Positions 39,650-49,151 of a stretch of 64,000 nucleotides of DNA are shown here, piece by piece. The position numbers and the translations under genes are program-made. Below the pieces are notes generated by a model. The model saw only the letters and a program-made list of their open reading frames with translations, did not search any database and was not told the DNA's origin. Source of the DNA: an uncultured archaeon (GTDB lineage Archaea > Iainarchaeota > Iainarchaeia > Iainarchaeales > GCA-2688035); contig CAYHBD010000016.1 in assembly GCA_964354805.1 (NCBI GenBank), forward strand, positions 1 to 64,000, given 5' to 3'. Every line of letters starts with the position of its first letter. Positions within the stretch are counted from its first letter, which is position 1.

Positions 39650-40003
39650 TCAGTAAGTTATCTCTTTCAACCGCAGGCTTTTTGTTATTCCGTCGTTTCC
39701 CCACAAGTAGGTGAAGTTTGTTTCGTCTATTTTTCCAACCCAGATTTGCCTGTTTCTCGGGTGCTCGTGCCCTTTCAGTGTGAACAGCCTGTGGAATTCA
39801 ACCAGCGCCTTGTCGCTGTCGCATTTAACCAGCTTGAACACAAAGCAGTTCGGCGTCTGCATCTGGTCAAAGCTTTCGCCTTCCTCCACAGCCACTTCGT
39901 TGCTTGCAACAGTTGCATTGAACGGCGGCTGCCATTTGTGAATCATGCTTTTCAAAAAAAATACTGCTTTCGGCAAAAATAACACATTCCTTATTTTTTT
40001 CAC
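39650..40003 (-). CDS. Hypothetical protein
   Basis: ORF with globular composition; start uncertain. Confidence 0.6.
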   Translation of the reverse strand: MKKIRNVLFLPKAVFFLKSMIHKWQPPFNATVASNEVAVEEGESFDQMQTPNCFVFKLVKCDSDKALVEFHRLFTLKGHEHPRNRQIWVGKIDETNFTYLWGNDGITKSLRLKEITY

Positions 40004-40176
40004 GTTTTTTTTTCAATTGAAATTCAGCGTAAAAAATAGGTTGCCCAGAATTTAAATAGCTTTCTGTTTAAGGGCGCTACATAATTGGTTTTTTTCTTTC
40101 AATTTATCTTTTGGGGTTGTGCTCTTTTTGATTGCAGGGAAATTATTTAAAGCAGAACCCACCATCAAATCTATCG

Positions 40177-40761
40177 ATGGCCAAGATAGCTATTCAAAGT
40201 GTTGACCTGCTTGTTCACCCTTTTTTTGAGATTTCAACAGCAGCAGGTTACAATGAGTTATCCCCAAAGCAGAGGCAATCCCTTGGGCGCCTTGTGTCAG
40301 TTTGGGCCAGGGCAATAAAAAGCGCCAAATTGAAAGAGGGCAACTTGTTTATTTTAATAAGCTACCCGCTTGCAAACCCCGAATGCCGCAAGGCACTTGG
40401 GCAATTGAAGCGACTTGCAACAAAAGAGCTTGGCTCTGCAAAATTCAGAGAAACGCCATTTAGCTTAAGCCAGATTATAAAAGAAAGGCACCGGCCAGTT
40501 TCATTAGGAAATCCCCCATTCAACAACATCCTGTTTTTGAACAAAGAGTCAATAAGGATAAATCCAATGGGCGAAAGAAAAGGAAAATGCCCTATTATAC
40601 AAGCCGGGCTGCTGCGGTCAGCCCTGCTAAAAGAAGGGCTGTCAGTAAACATTACGAGAAGAAAAAATCTTTCCGGTGCAAAAACCCGTTCCGTGCGGAA
40701 AAAGATGGTTAAGCCTGCGCTTTCAATGCGACGCAAAAATAGGGCATTCAGGCCAAAGTAG
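40177..40761 (+). CDS. Hypothetical basic protein
   Basis: ORF; VDLLVHPFF near the N-terminus; basic tail. Confidence 0.7.
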   Translation: MAKIAIQSVDLLVHPFFEISTAAGYNELSPKQRQSLGRLVSVWARAIKSAKLKEGNLFILISYPLANPECRKALGQLKRLATKELGSAKFRETPFSLSQIIKERHRPVSLGNPPFNNILFLNKESIRINPMGERKGKCPIIQAGLLRSALLKEGLSVNITRRKNLSGAKTRSVRKKMVKPALSMRRKNRAFRPK

Positions 40762-40773
40762 CCATCCAGCGGA

Positions 40774-40817
40774 AAGCCTTTTTTGCTGTTGCAAAAAAGC
40801 CTTGGGAAAAAAGCAGC
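40774..40817 (+). repeat. Hairpin element copy F
   Basis: AAGCCTTTTTTGC-TGTT-GCAAAAAAGCCTT followed by GGGAAAAAAGCAGC; flanked by CAGCGGAA repeats. Confidence 0.9.
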
Positions 40818-40873
40818 GGAAGCCCGCTCTTCCAGCAGCTTTTTAAATGCCCTGAGCACCTTATTTTACTGCC

Positions 40874-41971
40874 ATGCACTTGCACCAGGTGATTAGCGAA
40901 GCAGTCAGCAACATTGCTGCAATGGACAGGAAGAGAAGGCAGCTTGCATCCCAGCTGCTGCCGCTGTGCAATCAAGACCTGCTTAAACTAAATAATAATG
41001 AATTGCTTGAAAAAAAACTTATTTCACCAGTGGACAAAGCTGAATTGAATTGCAGCATTGCTGGCGTTGACTCCGGTTTTATTGGAAAGGATTTGCTTGC
41101 ATTAGACCTTATCCTGATCAGGACAGTTGGAGCGGTGTTTGATTACAAAAAGGGCAAGGTTGCAAAAGCCCAGTATTTTCCGAACGCTTACGCTTTTCCA
41201 GAACCACATTTGAGCAGCGCAGGCCTTGAGTTTGACGAATTCCAGTGCAGCAAAAGCATACAGCGCCTGATGCAGGAAGTGGATACAGCAAAAGAACTAA
41301 TTGAAAGATTCAAGCCAAAATACTGCTTTTTAGATGGAAGCATTGTCCCGCAGTACGCTGACAAGCCCAGAAAGGACAGCAAAATAAAGAGTGCTTACCA
41401 TGAAATGCTGCGGCAATTCCAATCGCTTTACGAAACAGCCGAAAAAAATAATTGTGAATTGGTTGCATGCGTTGAAGACAGCAGGGGCTCGCGCTTCAGG
41501 CAGATAATGCAGCAACACCTGCTTGCAGAACAAAAGGGAATGGCTGAACAACTTGAAAGCTGCTATGATGCAATCCTTTTGGATTACCTGCTCAAAAAGG
41601 GTGAGAGAAGCAGCGCGTTCGCTTACACCACTGATGTGAAAGAGCACCCCATTCTGATGGATTTTGATGAAAAGTGGGCAAAGGCAGTCAGGGCTTTCTA
41701 CATCAAGCCGGCAGCATTTGACAGGCCATTGAGGGTTGAGTTCCTGCACCCGAACGGAGAAAGCATTTCAACGCATGCAGATGCGATTGCATCCCTTGTT
41801 TTTGCGCAGAGCAGCATGCACAGGGAATACGCTTTTCCGGCAATTCTGATTGAAGCCGATTTGCATGCAAGGCTGACTCCGCAAGAGATTGAGGTTGTTT
41901 TCGACAAAATTTTAAACAAATTGGGGCGAGGATTTAAGTTAAGGATGAGGCGCGACAACAGGCCGTTTTAG
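40874..41971 (+). CDS. nurA: NurA nuclease
   Basis: IAGVDSG, FLDGS, PAILIEAD; adjacent to herA. Confidence 0.92.
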   Translation: MHLHQVISEAVSNIAAMDRKRRQLASQLLPLCNQDLLKLNNNELLEKKLISPVDKAELNCSIAGVDSGFIGKDLLALDLILIRTVGAVFDYKKGKVAKAQYFPNAYAFPEPHLSSAGLEFDEFQCSKSIQRLMQEVDTAKELIERFKPKYCFLDGSIVPQYADKPRKDSKIKSAYHEMLRQFQSLYETAEKNNCELVACVEDSRGSRFRQIMQQHLLAEQKGMAEQLESCYDAILLDYLLKKGERSSAFAYTTDVKEHPILMDFDEKWAKAVRAFYIKPAAFDRPLRVEFLHPNGESISTHADAIASLVFAQSSMHREYAFPAILIEADLHARLTPQEIEVVFDKILNKLGRGFKLRMRRDNRPF

Positions 41972-42024
41972 GTGAAAGGAATAAAAGGGAAAAAAATTAT
42001 AACAAAGCATTTTGAGGCGAGAGA

Positions 42025-42207
42025 ATGAAAGAAAAAGAATTATTGGTTTGCCCCCAGTGCGGTTCAACTGATTTGCACTGGCTGCTTGGCGGTCAAACAG
42101 GCGACCAATACAAGTGCCCCAACTGCAATTACCAGGGCATTGCATTGAAGGGAAACATTAGGTTCATTAAGAAACTGCAAAAGAAGGGAACTGATTTGAA
42201 TGGCTGA
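42025..42207 (+). CDS. Small zinc-ribbon protein
   Basis: CPQCGS...YKCPNCNYQG. Confidence 0.8.
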   Translation: MKEKELLVCPQCGSTDLHWLLGGQTGDQYKCPNCNYQGIALKGNIRFIKKLQKKGTDLNG

Positions 42208-44761
42208 AGAGAAAGAGGAAATCGGCACAATCATTTCAACGCTTGACTCGCCTAGCCCGAGCAGCGTTGACTTTGTTGTAAGCAAGGGCATTGTGCATCG
42301 GGGCCAGTTTGTTGAAATGGACTGCAACCAGGGAACAATGGTTGCGCTTGTGAATGATGTAATCAAAACAAACCGCTACTTTGAGAGAGCTGACTCAGTG
42401 AAAGAGTTTGAAAGCAGTGGCTCGGCTTTATTCGAGCAGTTTCCAACAGCGGAATGGGAATACCTTGTTGCAAAAACAAGGCCCCTCGGTGTTTTTGCGC
42501 CAGACGGTTCAACAAAGAGGCCGACCTTTCCACCTTCCCCCGGATCAAGGGTGAGAATTGCAGAAAGGGAATCGCTGCAGCACTTCCTCAACTTTGATAC
42601 CGAAGCAGGGCTGCACTTGGGAGAAATAGAGCACCACCAGCTGCCCGTGAAGCTGAACATGTCAGCGCTATTCAAAAAACACCTTGCAATATTGGCTCTC
42701 AGCGGAGCGGGAAAAAGCTACCTGGTTTCTGTTCTGCTTGAGGAATTGCTTGAGAGAAAAAAAGAGCAGGGCAGGATTGCCGCGATTATTTTAGACCCAC
42801 ACGGGGAATACAGCAGCTTTGCAGAGCCGGTGAAGGGAAAAGAGTTCAAGGACTACAGCGGCAAAACAAAGCTGGTTAGGGCAAGGGATATTCAGATCGG
42901 CGTGCCGAAGCTGAGCGTTGGCGTTGTTGCAGGAATAATTCCAGGCTTGAGCGAGCCGCAGAAGAGGGATTTGAACAGGTTAATAGGCAAATTGAAGGAT
43001 GAAATGCGGCAGGGCATTGGCCCTTTTGATTTGAATGATTTGAGGGATGCGATTGCAAGGGATGAAGGAATCAAAGAGAACAGCAAGGGTCCGCTAATCA
43101 GCTGGATTGATAGTTTGCGGGAAATGCATTTGTTTGGGAAAACGGATAATCCAAGTGTTGTTGACTTGGTGAAGCCGGGGCATTTGACAGTGATTGATTT
43201 GAGCGAACTGATTGATTTGCGGAAAAAGCAGATAATTGTAAGCTATTTCGCGCAGCGCCTTTTTTACGAGAGAAGGGAGAAGAATGTTCCGCCATTCCTG
43301 CTTGTTCTGGAGGAAGCGCACCAGTTCTGCCTGAGTGAAGACACGGAGTTGCTTACTTCCAAGGGGTGGATGCGATACACGCAGGTAAGGAAGGGGGATA
43401 AAGCCTTTTCATACAATACGCGTGAAAATAGGCTGGAATTGAATCAAATCAAAAAAATTCTTATAAGAGAGCATACTGGTGATCTGGTAAAGTTGTTCAA
43501 TGAAGACAGCATAGACTCGTTGGTTACCGGTGACCATCGTGTTTTGTGTTGCACTAGGACAACAGGCAAAGATCGAAAGTGGAAGTGGTCTGGGCCAAAG
43601 TTTATTCCTGCCAAGTGTTCCCCTAGTGGAATGAAAGTGCCTGTCGCGGCACCAATGCACTCTAATTCAAAATGTGACTTGGATACTGATTTGATAAAAG
43701 TGTTCGGTTGGATAATAACTGATGGAACATTGCATTCTTTCCGTGGCCGGCATTCCTATTATGAAATATTTCAATCAAAAGTAAAGGGCAAGATTTTAAA
43801 CGAGATGAAAGAAGTCATTACGCGCCGTTTTTCTGAAGCTCGCATCCATTCAAGAGAAAGGGCAGACCGGTTTTTAAATTCCAGGCGGATTAAAAGCAGT
43901 GAAGAGTTCATTTTTTATTTGGGCGCAAAAGCTAGCCGCGAAATCAGGCCTTGGCTGGTGGATCAGACTCATCGTATCCCAAGAAAATTTCTGGAAAAAG
44001 CGTCCTATTCGCAATTAAAAATATTATTTGATGCACTTGTGCAGGGGGACGGTCACGTACAAACAACAAAAAACAACTACAAATATGTAATGTTCTATGC
44101 CGGCAAAAACACTGAGCTGGCTGATGATTTTCAAGAGCTTTGTGCAAAACTCGGGTTTTCCGCTGTTATTAAAAAAGTTCCTTCAAATGGGCAGACCAAA
44201 GTTCTGGTTTCGTTCAAAAGAAAGTTTGCCTATATTAGAAAAACTAAAAAAGAATTTTTTTCGGGAAAAGTCTGGGACATAACTATAAAGCACGGGGCTT
44301 TTGTAGCTAGGCGAAACGGAAAAGTTTTCATAACTGGCAATTGCCCAGAGATGGCAAAAGCAGAAACAGCAATTTCCCGCTCCATTATCAGGACGATTGC
44401 AAGAGAGGGAAGAAAATTCGGCGCATCTCTTTGCCTTGTTTCACAGAGACCTGTGCAATTGGATACAACAGCGCTTAGCCAATGCAACACGCATATTATT
44501 TTGCGGATCACAAACCCCTATGATTTGAAGCACATTGGCGAGAGCAGCGAAGGCTTGGACAGCAAAAGCCTTGACATGATTACCTCTTTGCGCGTTGGAG
44601 AAGCCCTGATTGTCGGCGAGGCAACCCACTACCCTGTTTTCTTCAAAGTAAGGCAGAGGAAAAGCGCTCCAAGCAGGCACGAAATCTCGTTGGAACAGGC
44701 TGCAATCCAATTTGAGGAAGGGGAAGAAAAACAGGAAAAAGAAACAGAGGAACTGCTGTAA
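42200..44761 (+). CDS. herA: HerA helicase containing an intein
   Basis: HLAILALSGAGKS, LEEAHQF, AREGRKFG, SQRP. Confidence 0.95.
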   Translation: MAEEKEEIGTIISTLDSPSPSSVDFVVSKGIVHRGQFVEMDCNQGTMVALVNDVIKTNRYFERADSVKEFESSGSALFEQFPTAEWEYLVAKTRPLGVFAPDGSTKRPTFPPSPGSRVRIAERESLQHFLNFDTEAGLHLGEIEHHQLPVKLNMSALFKKHLAILALSGAGKSYLVSVLLEELLERKKEQGRIAAIILDPHGEYSSFAEPVKGKEFKDYSGKTKLVRARDIQIGVPKLSVGVVAGIIPGLSEPQKRDLNRLIGKLKDEMRQGIGPFDLNDLRDAIARDEGIKENSKGPLISWIDSLREMHLFGKTDNPSVVDLVKPGHLTVIDLSELIDLRKKQIIVSYFAQRLFYERREKNVPPFLLVLEEAHQFCLSEDTELLTSKGWMRYTQVRKGDKAFSYNTRENRLELNQIKKILIREHTGDLVKLFNEDSIDSLVTGDHRVLCCTRTTGKDRKWKWSGPKFIPAKCSPSGMKVPVAAPMHSNSKCDLDTDLIKVFGWIITDGTLHSFRGRHSYYEIFQSKVKGKILNEMKEVITRRFSEARIHSRERADRFLNSRRIKSSEEFIFYLGAKASREIRPWLVDQTHRIPRKFLEKASYSQLKILFDALVQGDGHVQTTKNNYKYVMFYAGKNTELADDFQELCAKLGFSAVIKKVPSNGQTKVLVSFKRKFAYIRKTKKEFFSGKVWDITIKHGAFVARRNGKVFITGNCPEMAKAETAISRSIIRTIAREGRKFGASLCLVSQRPVQLDTTALSQCNTHIILRITNPYDLKHIGESSEGLDSKSLDMITSLRVGEALIVGEATHYPVFFKVRQRKSAPSRHEISLEQAAIQFEEGEEKQEKETEELL
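43328..44341 (+). mobile_element. Intein (338 aa) with LAGLIDADG homing endonuclease
   Basis: CLSEDTELLTSKGW, VTGDHR, GWIITDG, ALVQGDG, VWDITI...FITGN/C. Confidence 0.93.
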
Positions 44762-44824
44762 TTTTTTTTATTTTAATTCGCCGAAACCCTTAAAAATAAC
44801 CTAATTCATTATAGTAATGATTTT

Positions 44825-45583
44825 ATGCCTTGGCTTATTTTGCTTGGTTTCGCGGTTGTAGTAATCTTTTTCATTCTGGCGGCAGGCATCAGGATTTTGA
44901 CCGAGTGGGAGAAAGGCGTTTTATTAACACTTGGAAGGTTCAGCGGAGTAAGAGGCCCTGGCTTGAATATCATTATCCCGATTTTTCAGACCCTGATAAA
45001 GGTTGACATGCGAATCAACACTGTTGACATTCCAAAGCAGGAGGTAATAACAAAGGACAACATTACCCTGCTTGTAAACGCCGTTGTTTACTTTAAGGTT
45101 GAAAACGCCGCCGATGCGATAATAAAGATTTCAAATTACACTTACGCTTTAAGGCAATACGCCCAGGGGGCGCTGAGGGACGTTATCGGGAACAGTGAAA
45201 TGGATTCGGTGTTAAGCGCCAGGGAGAAAATCAGCGAGGAGATAAAAAAAGTTGTTGACGCTGAAACAAGCGAATGGGGAATTGATGTAAACTCGGTTAA
45301 AATACAGGAGATTGAGTTGCCTGCTGAAATGAAGAGGGCAATGGCAAAGCAGGCTGAGGCTGAAAGGGAGAAGAGGGCGGCAATCATAATCTCAGACGGC
45401 GAATTGCTCAGCAGCGTGAACCTTGCAAAAGCAGCCGAGAACCTTTCAAAAACAAAAGGCGCACTGCATTTGCGAACCCTGCGAACAATAAGGGAGATTT
45501 CAGCTGACCCAAGCGAGAAAATCGTTGTTTTCCTGCCAAGCGAAACAGAGGACATGCTGCGCAGGGTGTTTTCAAAAAAGTAA
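44825..45583 (+). CDS. SPFH/band 7 (stomatin-like) protein
   Basis: QEVITKDN, AMAKQAEAEREKRA. Confidence 0.95.
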   Translation: MPWLILLGFAVVVIFFILAAGIRILTEWEKGVLLTLGRFSGVRGPGLNIIIPIFQTLIKVDMRINTVDIPKQEVITKDNITLLVNAVVYFKVENAADAIIKISNYTYALRQYAQGALRDVIGNSEMDSVLSAREKISEEIKKVVDAETSEWGIDVNSVKIQEIELPAEMKRAMAKQAEAEREKRAAIIISDGELLSSVNLAKAAENLSKTKGALHLRTLRTIREISADPSEKIVVFLPSETEDMLRRVFSKK

Positions 45584-45593
45584 ATAGCTTTTT

Positions 45594-46265
45594 ATGCACA
45601 AACTTGATTCAGACAAAAGGTACCTGCAAATTGCATTCAATTACGACATTGGCTTGGCCGAGCGAATTATCCCAACCCTGCCACAAAGCGACAGAATCCT
45701 GATCGAGGCAGGCACTCCCTTCATCAAAAGATACGGAGAAAACGGCATCAGCAGGCTGCATCGCTTATGGAGGGGCATTATTGTGGCAGACATCAAAACA
45801 GTTGACGGAGCAGAGCAAGAGGTTGAGGAATCTTACCACGCCGGAGCTTCAGCCGCAACAGTAATCGGCACTGCCAGCAAAGAGACAATCGATTTGTTCA
45901 TTAAAAAATGCGACGAGCTTGGAATGGACTCAATGGTTGATTTGCTGAATGTTGAAAAAGTGATGGCTGTTTTGTGGCCCCTTAAGAAGCCGCCCTCGGT
46001 TGCGGTAATCCACAAGGGCAGGGACGAGGAGTCAAGCTTCGGCGCGGTAATAAGATACAAGCAGGTCGTGAAAGTGAAAAGCAAATACGATGTCCTGATT
46101 TCAGCAGCAGGCGGCGTTGACCTGCGGGAAGCAGCAAGCGCGGTGTTCAACGGCGCGGACATAGTTGTTGCAAACATCGTAAGGCCGGGCGACCCATGGG
46201 CAGGCATTTCAACCGAAACAAACATTGCTGAAATGGCAAAAAAGTTTTTAGATACCATCGAATGA
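45594..46265 (+). CDS. 3-hexulose-6-phosphate synthase / OMPDC-HUMPS family
   Basis: LQIAF, IEAGTPFIK, VADIKTVD, AAGGV. Confidence 0.85.
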   Translation: MHKLDSDKRYLQIAFNYDIGLAERIIPTLPQSDRILIEAGTPFIKRYGENGISRLHRLWRGIIVADIKTVDGAEQEVEESYHAGASAATVIGTASKETIDLFIKKCDELGMDSMVDLLNVEKVMAVLWPLKKPPSVAVIHKGRDEESSFGAVIRYKQVVKVKSKYDVLISAAGGVDLREAASAVFNGADIVVANIVRPGDPWAGISTETNIAEMAKKFLDTIE

Positions 46266-46278
46266 ATGGGTGAAAAAT

Positions 46279-46638
46279 ATGGGCTTGATGTCAAAATTCT
46301 TCGGAAAAGAAAGAATGGAGCAGGAGAAAGCAAGCGCAACAGCGCCCCTGCCATCAGAGGGCAAGCAGCAAACAGCAACAGGCAGCGGCGCTTTATTGGT
46401 TCAGGATGTGTTTGAAATAAAGGGCGTTGGGCTTGTGCCTGTTGGAACTGTTCAAAGCGGCTCGCTTTCCCTAGGGCAGCACGCAACCATAAACGGCAAA
46501 ACTGCAACAATCAAATCAATTGAAGCCCAGCACAAACAGCACAGCATTGTTTATGCAGGGCAAAACGTAGGCATCAATCTGCAGGGAATCACAAAAGCTG
46601 ATGTCAAGAGGGGTGATTTGCTGCAATTCAACTGGTGA
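46279..46638 (+). CDS. Stand-alone EF-Tu/EF-1A domain-II-like protein
   Basis: VQDVFEIKGVGLVPVGTVQSG...IKSIE..H...GQNVGINL...DVKRGD. Confidence 0.85.
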   Translation: MGLMSKFFGKERMEQEKASATAPLPSEGKQQTATGSGALLVQDVFEIKGVGLVPVGTVQSGSLSLGQHATINGKTATIKSIEAQHKQHSIVYAGQNVGINLQGITKADVKRGDLLQFNW

Positions 46639-46645
46639 AAATTTT

Positions 46646-46816
46646 ATGGCAATTAAAAAACCCGTTAGAATAACAACAAAGAAGTCGCAACTGAGCAGAG
46701 CAGGTCATGACTTGGTCAAGCGGATTGCAAGAGCGCAAGGAATAACTCTTGCAGAAGCAGAAAGCCGGGTAACAAGATACAGAATAAAAATGAAGCACGA
46801 GTGCCCAGATTACTAA
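46646..46816 (+). CDS. Small basic hypothetical protein
   Basis: ATG behind a GGTGA Shine-Dalgarno. Confidence 0.5.
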   Translation: MAIKKPVRITTKKSQLSRAGHDLVKRIARAQGITLAEAESRVTRYRIKMKHECPDY

Positions 46817-46968
46817 GCGCAAAATTTTTTTTTCAAATTTTTTCAAAAATTCAAAAATTTGCGGAAATTTTTTTTCAAAAATCGGCAATTTTTCGCCAAA
46901 ATCCCGATTTTTCCGCAAAAACACGCCAACGAAAAATTTTTAAATAAAAAAGTGTATTATTTAAGCAC

Positions 46969-47349
46969 ATGCCTTTGCAGCGTCTTGTTACAGAAGCGAA
47001 AAAAAATACGCCGACACTATTTCGAGCGCAGCCTGCAGCAGCGCAAGCACAAGTAATGGTTGAGCAAGCACAGCCAGCAGCAGTCCAAGCACAGCCAGCC
47101 ACGGCCCAGATGTCTCCAACTGCAATTCAAGCACAGCCTGGACCCAAATTTATTGATGCTGATGCTGTAACAGCCGGCAGCGAAGCAGAGCCAGAGCTGC
47201 CAACCTGGCAGAAATGCCAGTATGTAAAGAACATCAACGGCAAAGCAGTCTGCACCCAGTACTCAAGCCTGTGCGTAATGGAAAAATGCAAGCAGCGCTA
47301 CATGATAAACGACTACTTCGCATACAAAAGATTCATGATTAAAAAATGA
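46969..47349 (+). CDS. Hypothetical protein with QAQP repeats and four-Cys C-terminal domain
   Basis: Repeated QAQP; four Cys near the C-terminus. Confidence 0.65.
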   Translation: MPLQRLVTEAKKNTPTLFRAQPAAAQAQVMVEQAQPAAVQAQPATAQMSPTAIQAQPGPKFIDADAVTAGSEAEPELPTWQKCQYVKNINGKAVCTQYSSLCVMEKCKQRYMINDYFAYKRFMIKK

Positions 47350-47463
47350 GAAAAATAATCTCCCTTATTGTTAGGCAGCGGAACGCGCATTAGGGAGCAA
47401 ACCAGCGGAAGCTCACTCTCTTCCTTGGTTGTTTAAATACCCTGAATTGCTTCCTTATTCAGT

Positions 47464-49074
47464 ATGGCTCCCACCCCCGACAGTTTTTGGTTAACGGATG
47501 TTAAATATTTGGAGGACAAAAGGGCGGTTCTGGCTGATTTCTCCAGGCTCAACATTAGGAGAAATTTATGCCTGCCCTTCGTTCCCTCTTTTTTTGCAAG
47601 CAAAAAACGCGTTAAAAAAGAGCAGCTGCTTTCCGCTCTATCTGCATTGGGAAAACAGCCCTTTGAATTAAACGAAGAAAAAAGCGCATTCAAAATAACC
47701 GCTGCCACTTTCGCTGATTTGAACAAAGCTGCAAACGCGCTTTTTCAGGAAATGAATTTTTCGCCGATTGTCCTGCAGCCGGAGCGGCAGTTTCTGCTGC
47801 AGCAAAACTGGAGCTATTTTGACTGCTTTCACTTTACTTCAGAAAAAGAACCGCAGAAAATTGAATGCAATGAATTGCCTGGCATAAATCTGCCTTTCTT
47901 CTCAGAGCCATTGAATGAAACAGTTCAGCAGCTTCTGGGCGTGGATGCGAACAGCGCAATGCGCATCCTTGAATCAATTGCATTAAGCAATGCGCTGCGT
48001 TTGCCTTTAACCAATTTATCGCCTCGCAATGACACGCATGCCGAGGCCCTGTTTGAGAATATTTTCTGGTTTAATGGAGAAAGCAGGCACTTGCCGTGCA
48101 AAAGGCTAGGCTCACCACCCGCATGGCATGTGCCTTCTTTTTCTAATGCAACGTTTTTCGATTTCAGCCAGTTGTGGCCGACGATTCTGACAAAGCCGTT
48201 CTATAACGTTTCCCTTGAAACAATTGACTGCCACTGCTGCAAGCCTTTTGCTGTTGCAAAAGCCTCCTTGCAAAACCAAGGGTTTTGCGAGGTCCCGCAA
48301 AAGCAAAGCTTTTGCAGGATGGGAAAAGCAGCCTTCGGCGAGCCAATTGGAATTGATGCCAGAAACATTCTGCCGAGCAGCACTGTTTCGGCTGAATTCC
48401 TGCAGGACGGCTTTTATTTTGACAGTTCGTTCCCTGAATTCGCCGCAAGGTTTCACGCAGAAAATGAGGGCAGGGAGAGGAGGGAGCGGAGAATGAGGGA
48501 ATTCTGCCTGCCGTTTCCCCCAATCGGGCCCTTTGACAGGGGCAGCATTGCTGCAATTCCGTTGAATGATGCAATTGCTTTAACCCAGAGAAACAAGGCA
48601 AGAATAATTTCGTTGAATGAAACGCACTGGTTTTGCCTAAAGCAGGAATCTGCTGTGGCAAAGCAAATCATCTTGTTGCAGGCAAAAATAGCATTGATTG
48701 AAAAGGAAGCCAATGCAACCGAGAGCGTTTTTTTGAAAGAGCACGGATTGAATGCAATCCAGCTGTTGAATAACGACTGCAATTTTCTTTTCAATAAAGC
48801 AAAGGCAAAGGTTTGCGCACAGCTTCTCTCCTCAATTGCACAGCATTTGCAGGATAGAAACAGCGCTTTCTTTGATGAAAACCTGGGCAATGCCGTTGCA
48901 GGCATTGCTGCCCTTATTTTAAGCGAATTCCAGCTATTCTCGCAGCAGCAGGGCAGCAGGGTTGTTCTGCTGCAGCAGGGAAACGCTCTTGTAAAAAGCG
49001 AAAAGCCACTGAGCTTAATTGAGCAGTTCAGCATGGTGCAGAAAATCCCTGCTTTGATCAGGCTGCGGAATTGA
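47464..49074 (+). CDS. Degenerate (likely inactive) family B DNA polymerase, PolB2-like
   Basis: FDFSQLWPTIL...NVSLETIDCHCC resembles motif A of PolB2; no DTDS motif. Confidence 0.7.
   Translation: MAPTPDSFWLTDVKYLEDKRAVLADFSRLNIRRNLCLPFVPSFFASKKRVKKEQLLSALSALGKQPFELNEEKSAFKITAATFADLNKAANALFQEMNFSPIVLQPERQFLLQQNWSYFDCFHFTSEKEPQKIECNELPGINLPFFSEPLNETVQQLLGVDANSAMRILESIALSNALRLPLTNLSPRNDTHAEALFENIFWFNGESRHLPCKRLGSPPAWHVPSFSNATFFDFSQLWPTILTKPFYNVSLETIDCHCCKPFAVAKASLQNQGFCEVPQKQSFCRMGKAAFGEPIGIDARNILPSSTVSAEFLQDGFYFDSSFPEFAARFHAENEGRERRERRMREFCLPFPPIGPFDRGSIAAIPLNDAIALTQRNKARIISLNETHWFCLKQESAVAKQIILLQAKIALIEKEANATESVFLKEHGLNAIQLLNNDCNFLFNKAKAKVCAQLLSSIAQHLQDRNSAFFDENLGNAVAGIAALILSEFQLFSQQQGSRVVLLQQGNALVKSEKPLSLIEQFSMVQKIPALIRLRN
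48241..48340 (+). repeat. Composite hairpin element copy G, in frame in the PolB2-like gene
   Basis: AAGCCTTTTGC-TGTT-GCAAAAGCCT, two 27-nt hairpins, then TGGGAAAAGCAGC. Confidence 0.9.
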
Positions 49075-49151
49075 GCGAAAACCCTTCTCTAATACCCATT
49101 TTTAAATTTTCCCTTCCCTATTTTCTTATATTAGCTTTTTTTCTGATTTTT

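Noticed and set aside
40874-44761. NurA-HerA as an antiviral defence system
   Set aside because: Canonical archaeal double-strand-break resection pair with rad50 nearby; mre11 is simply not in the window
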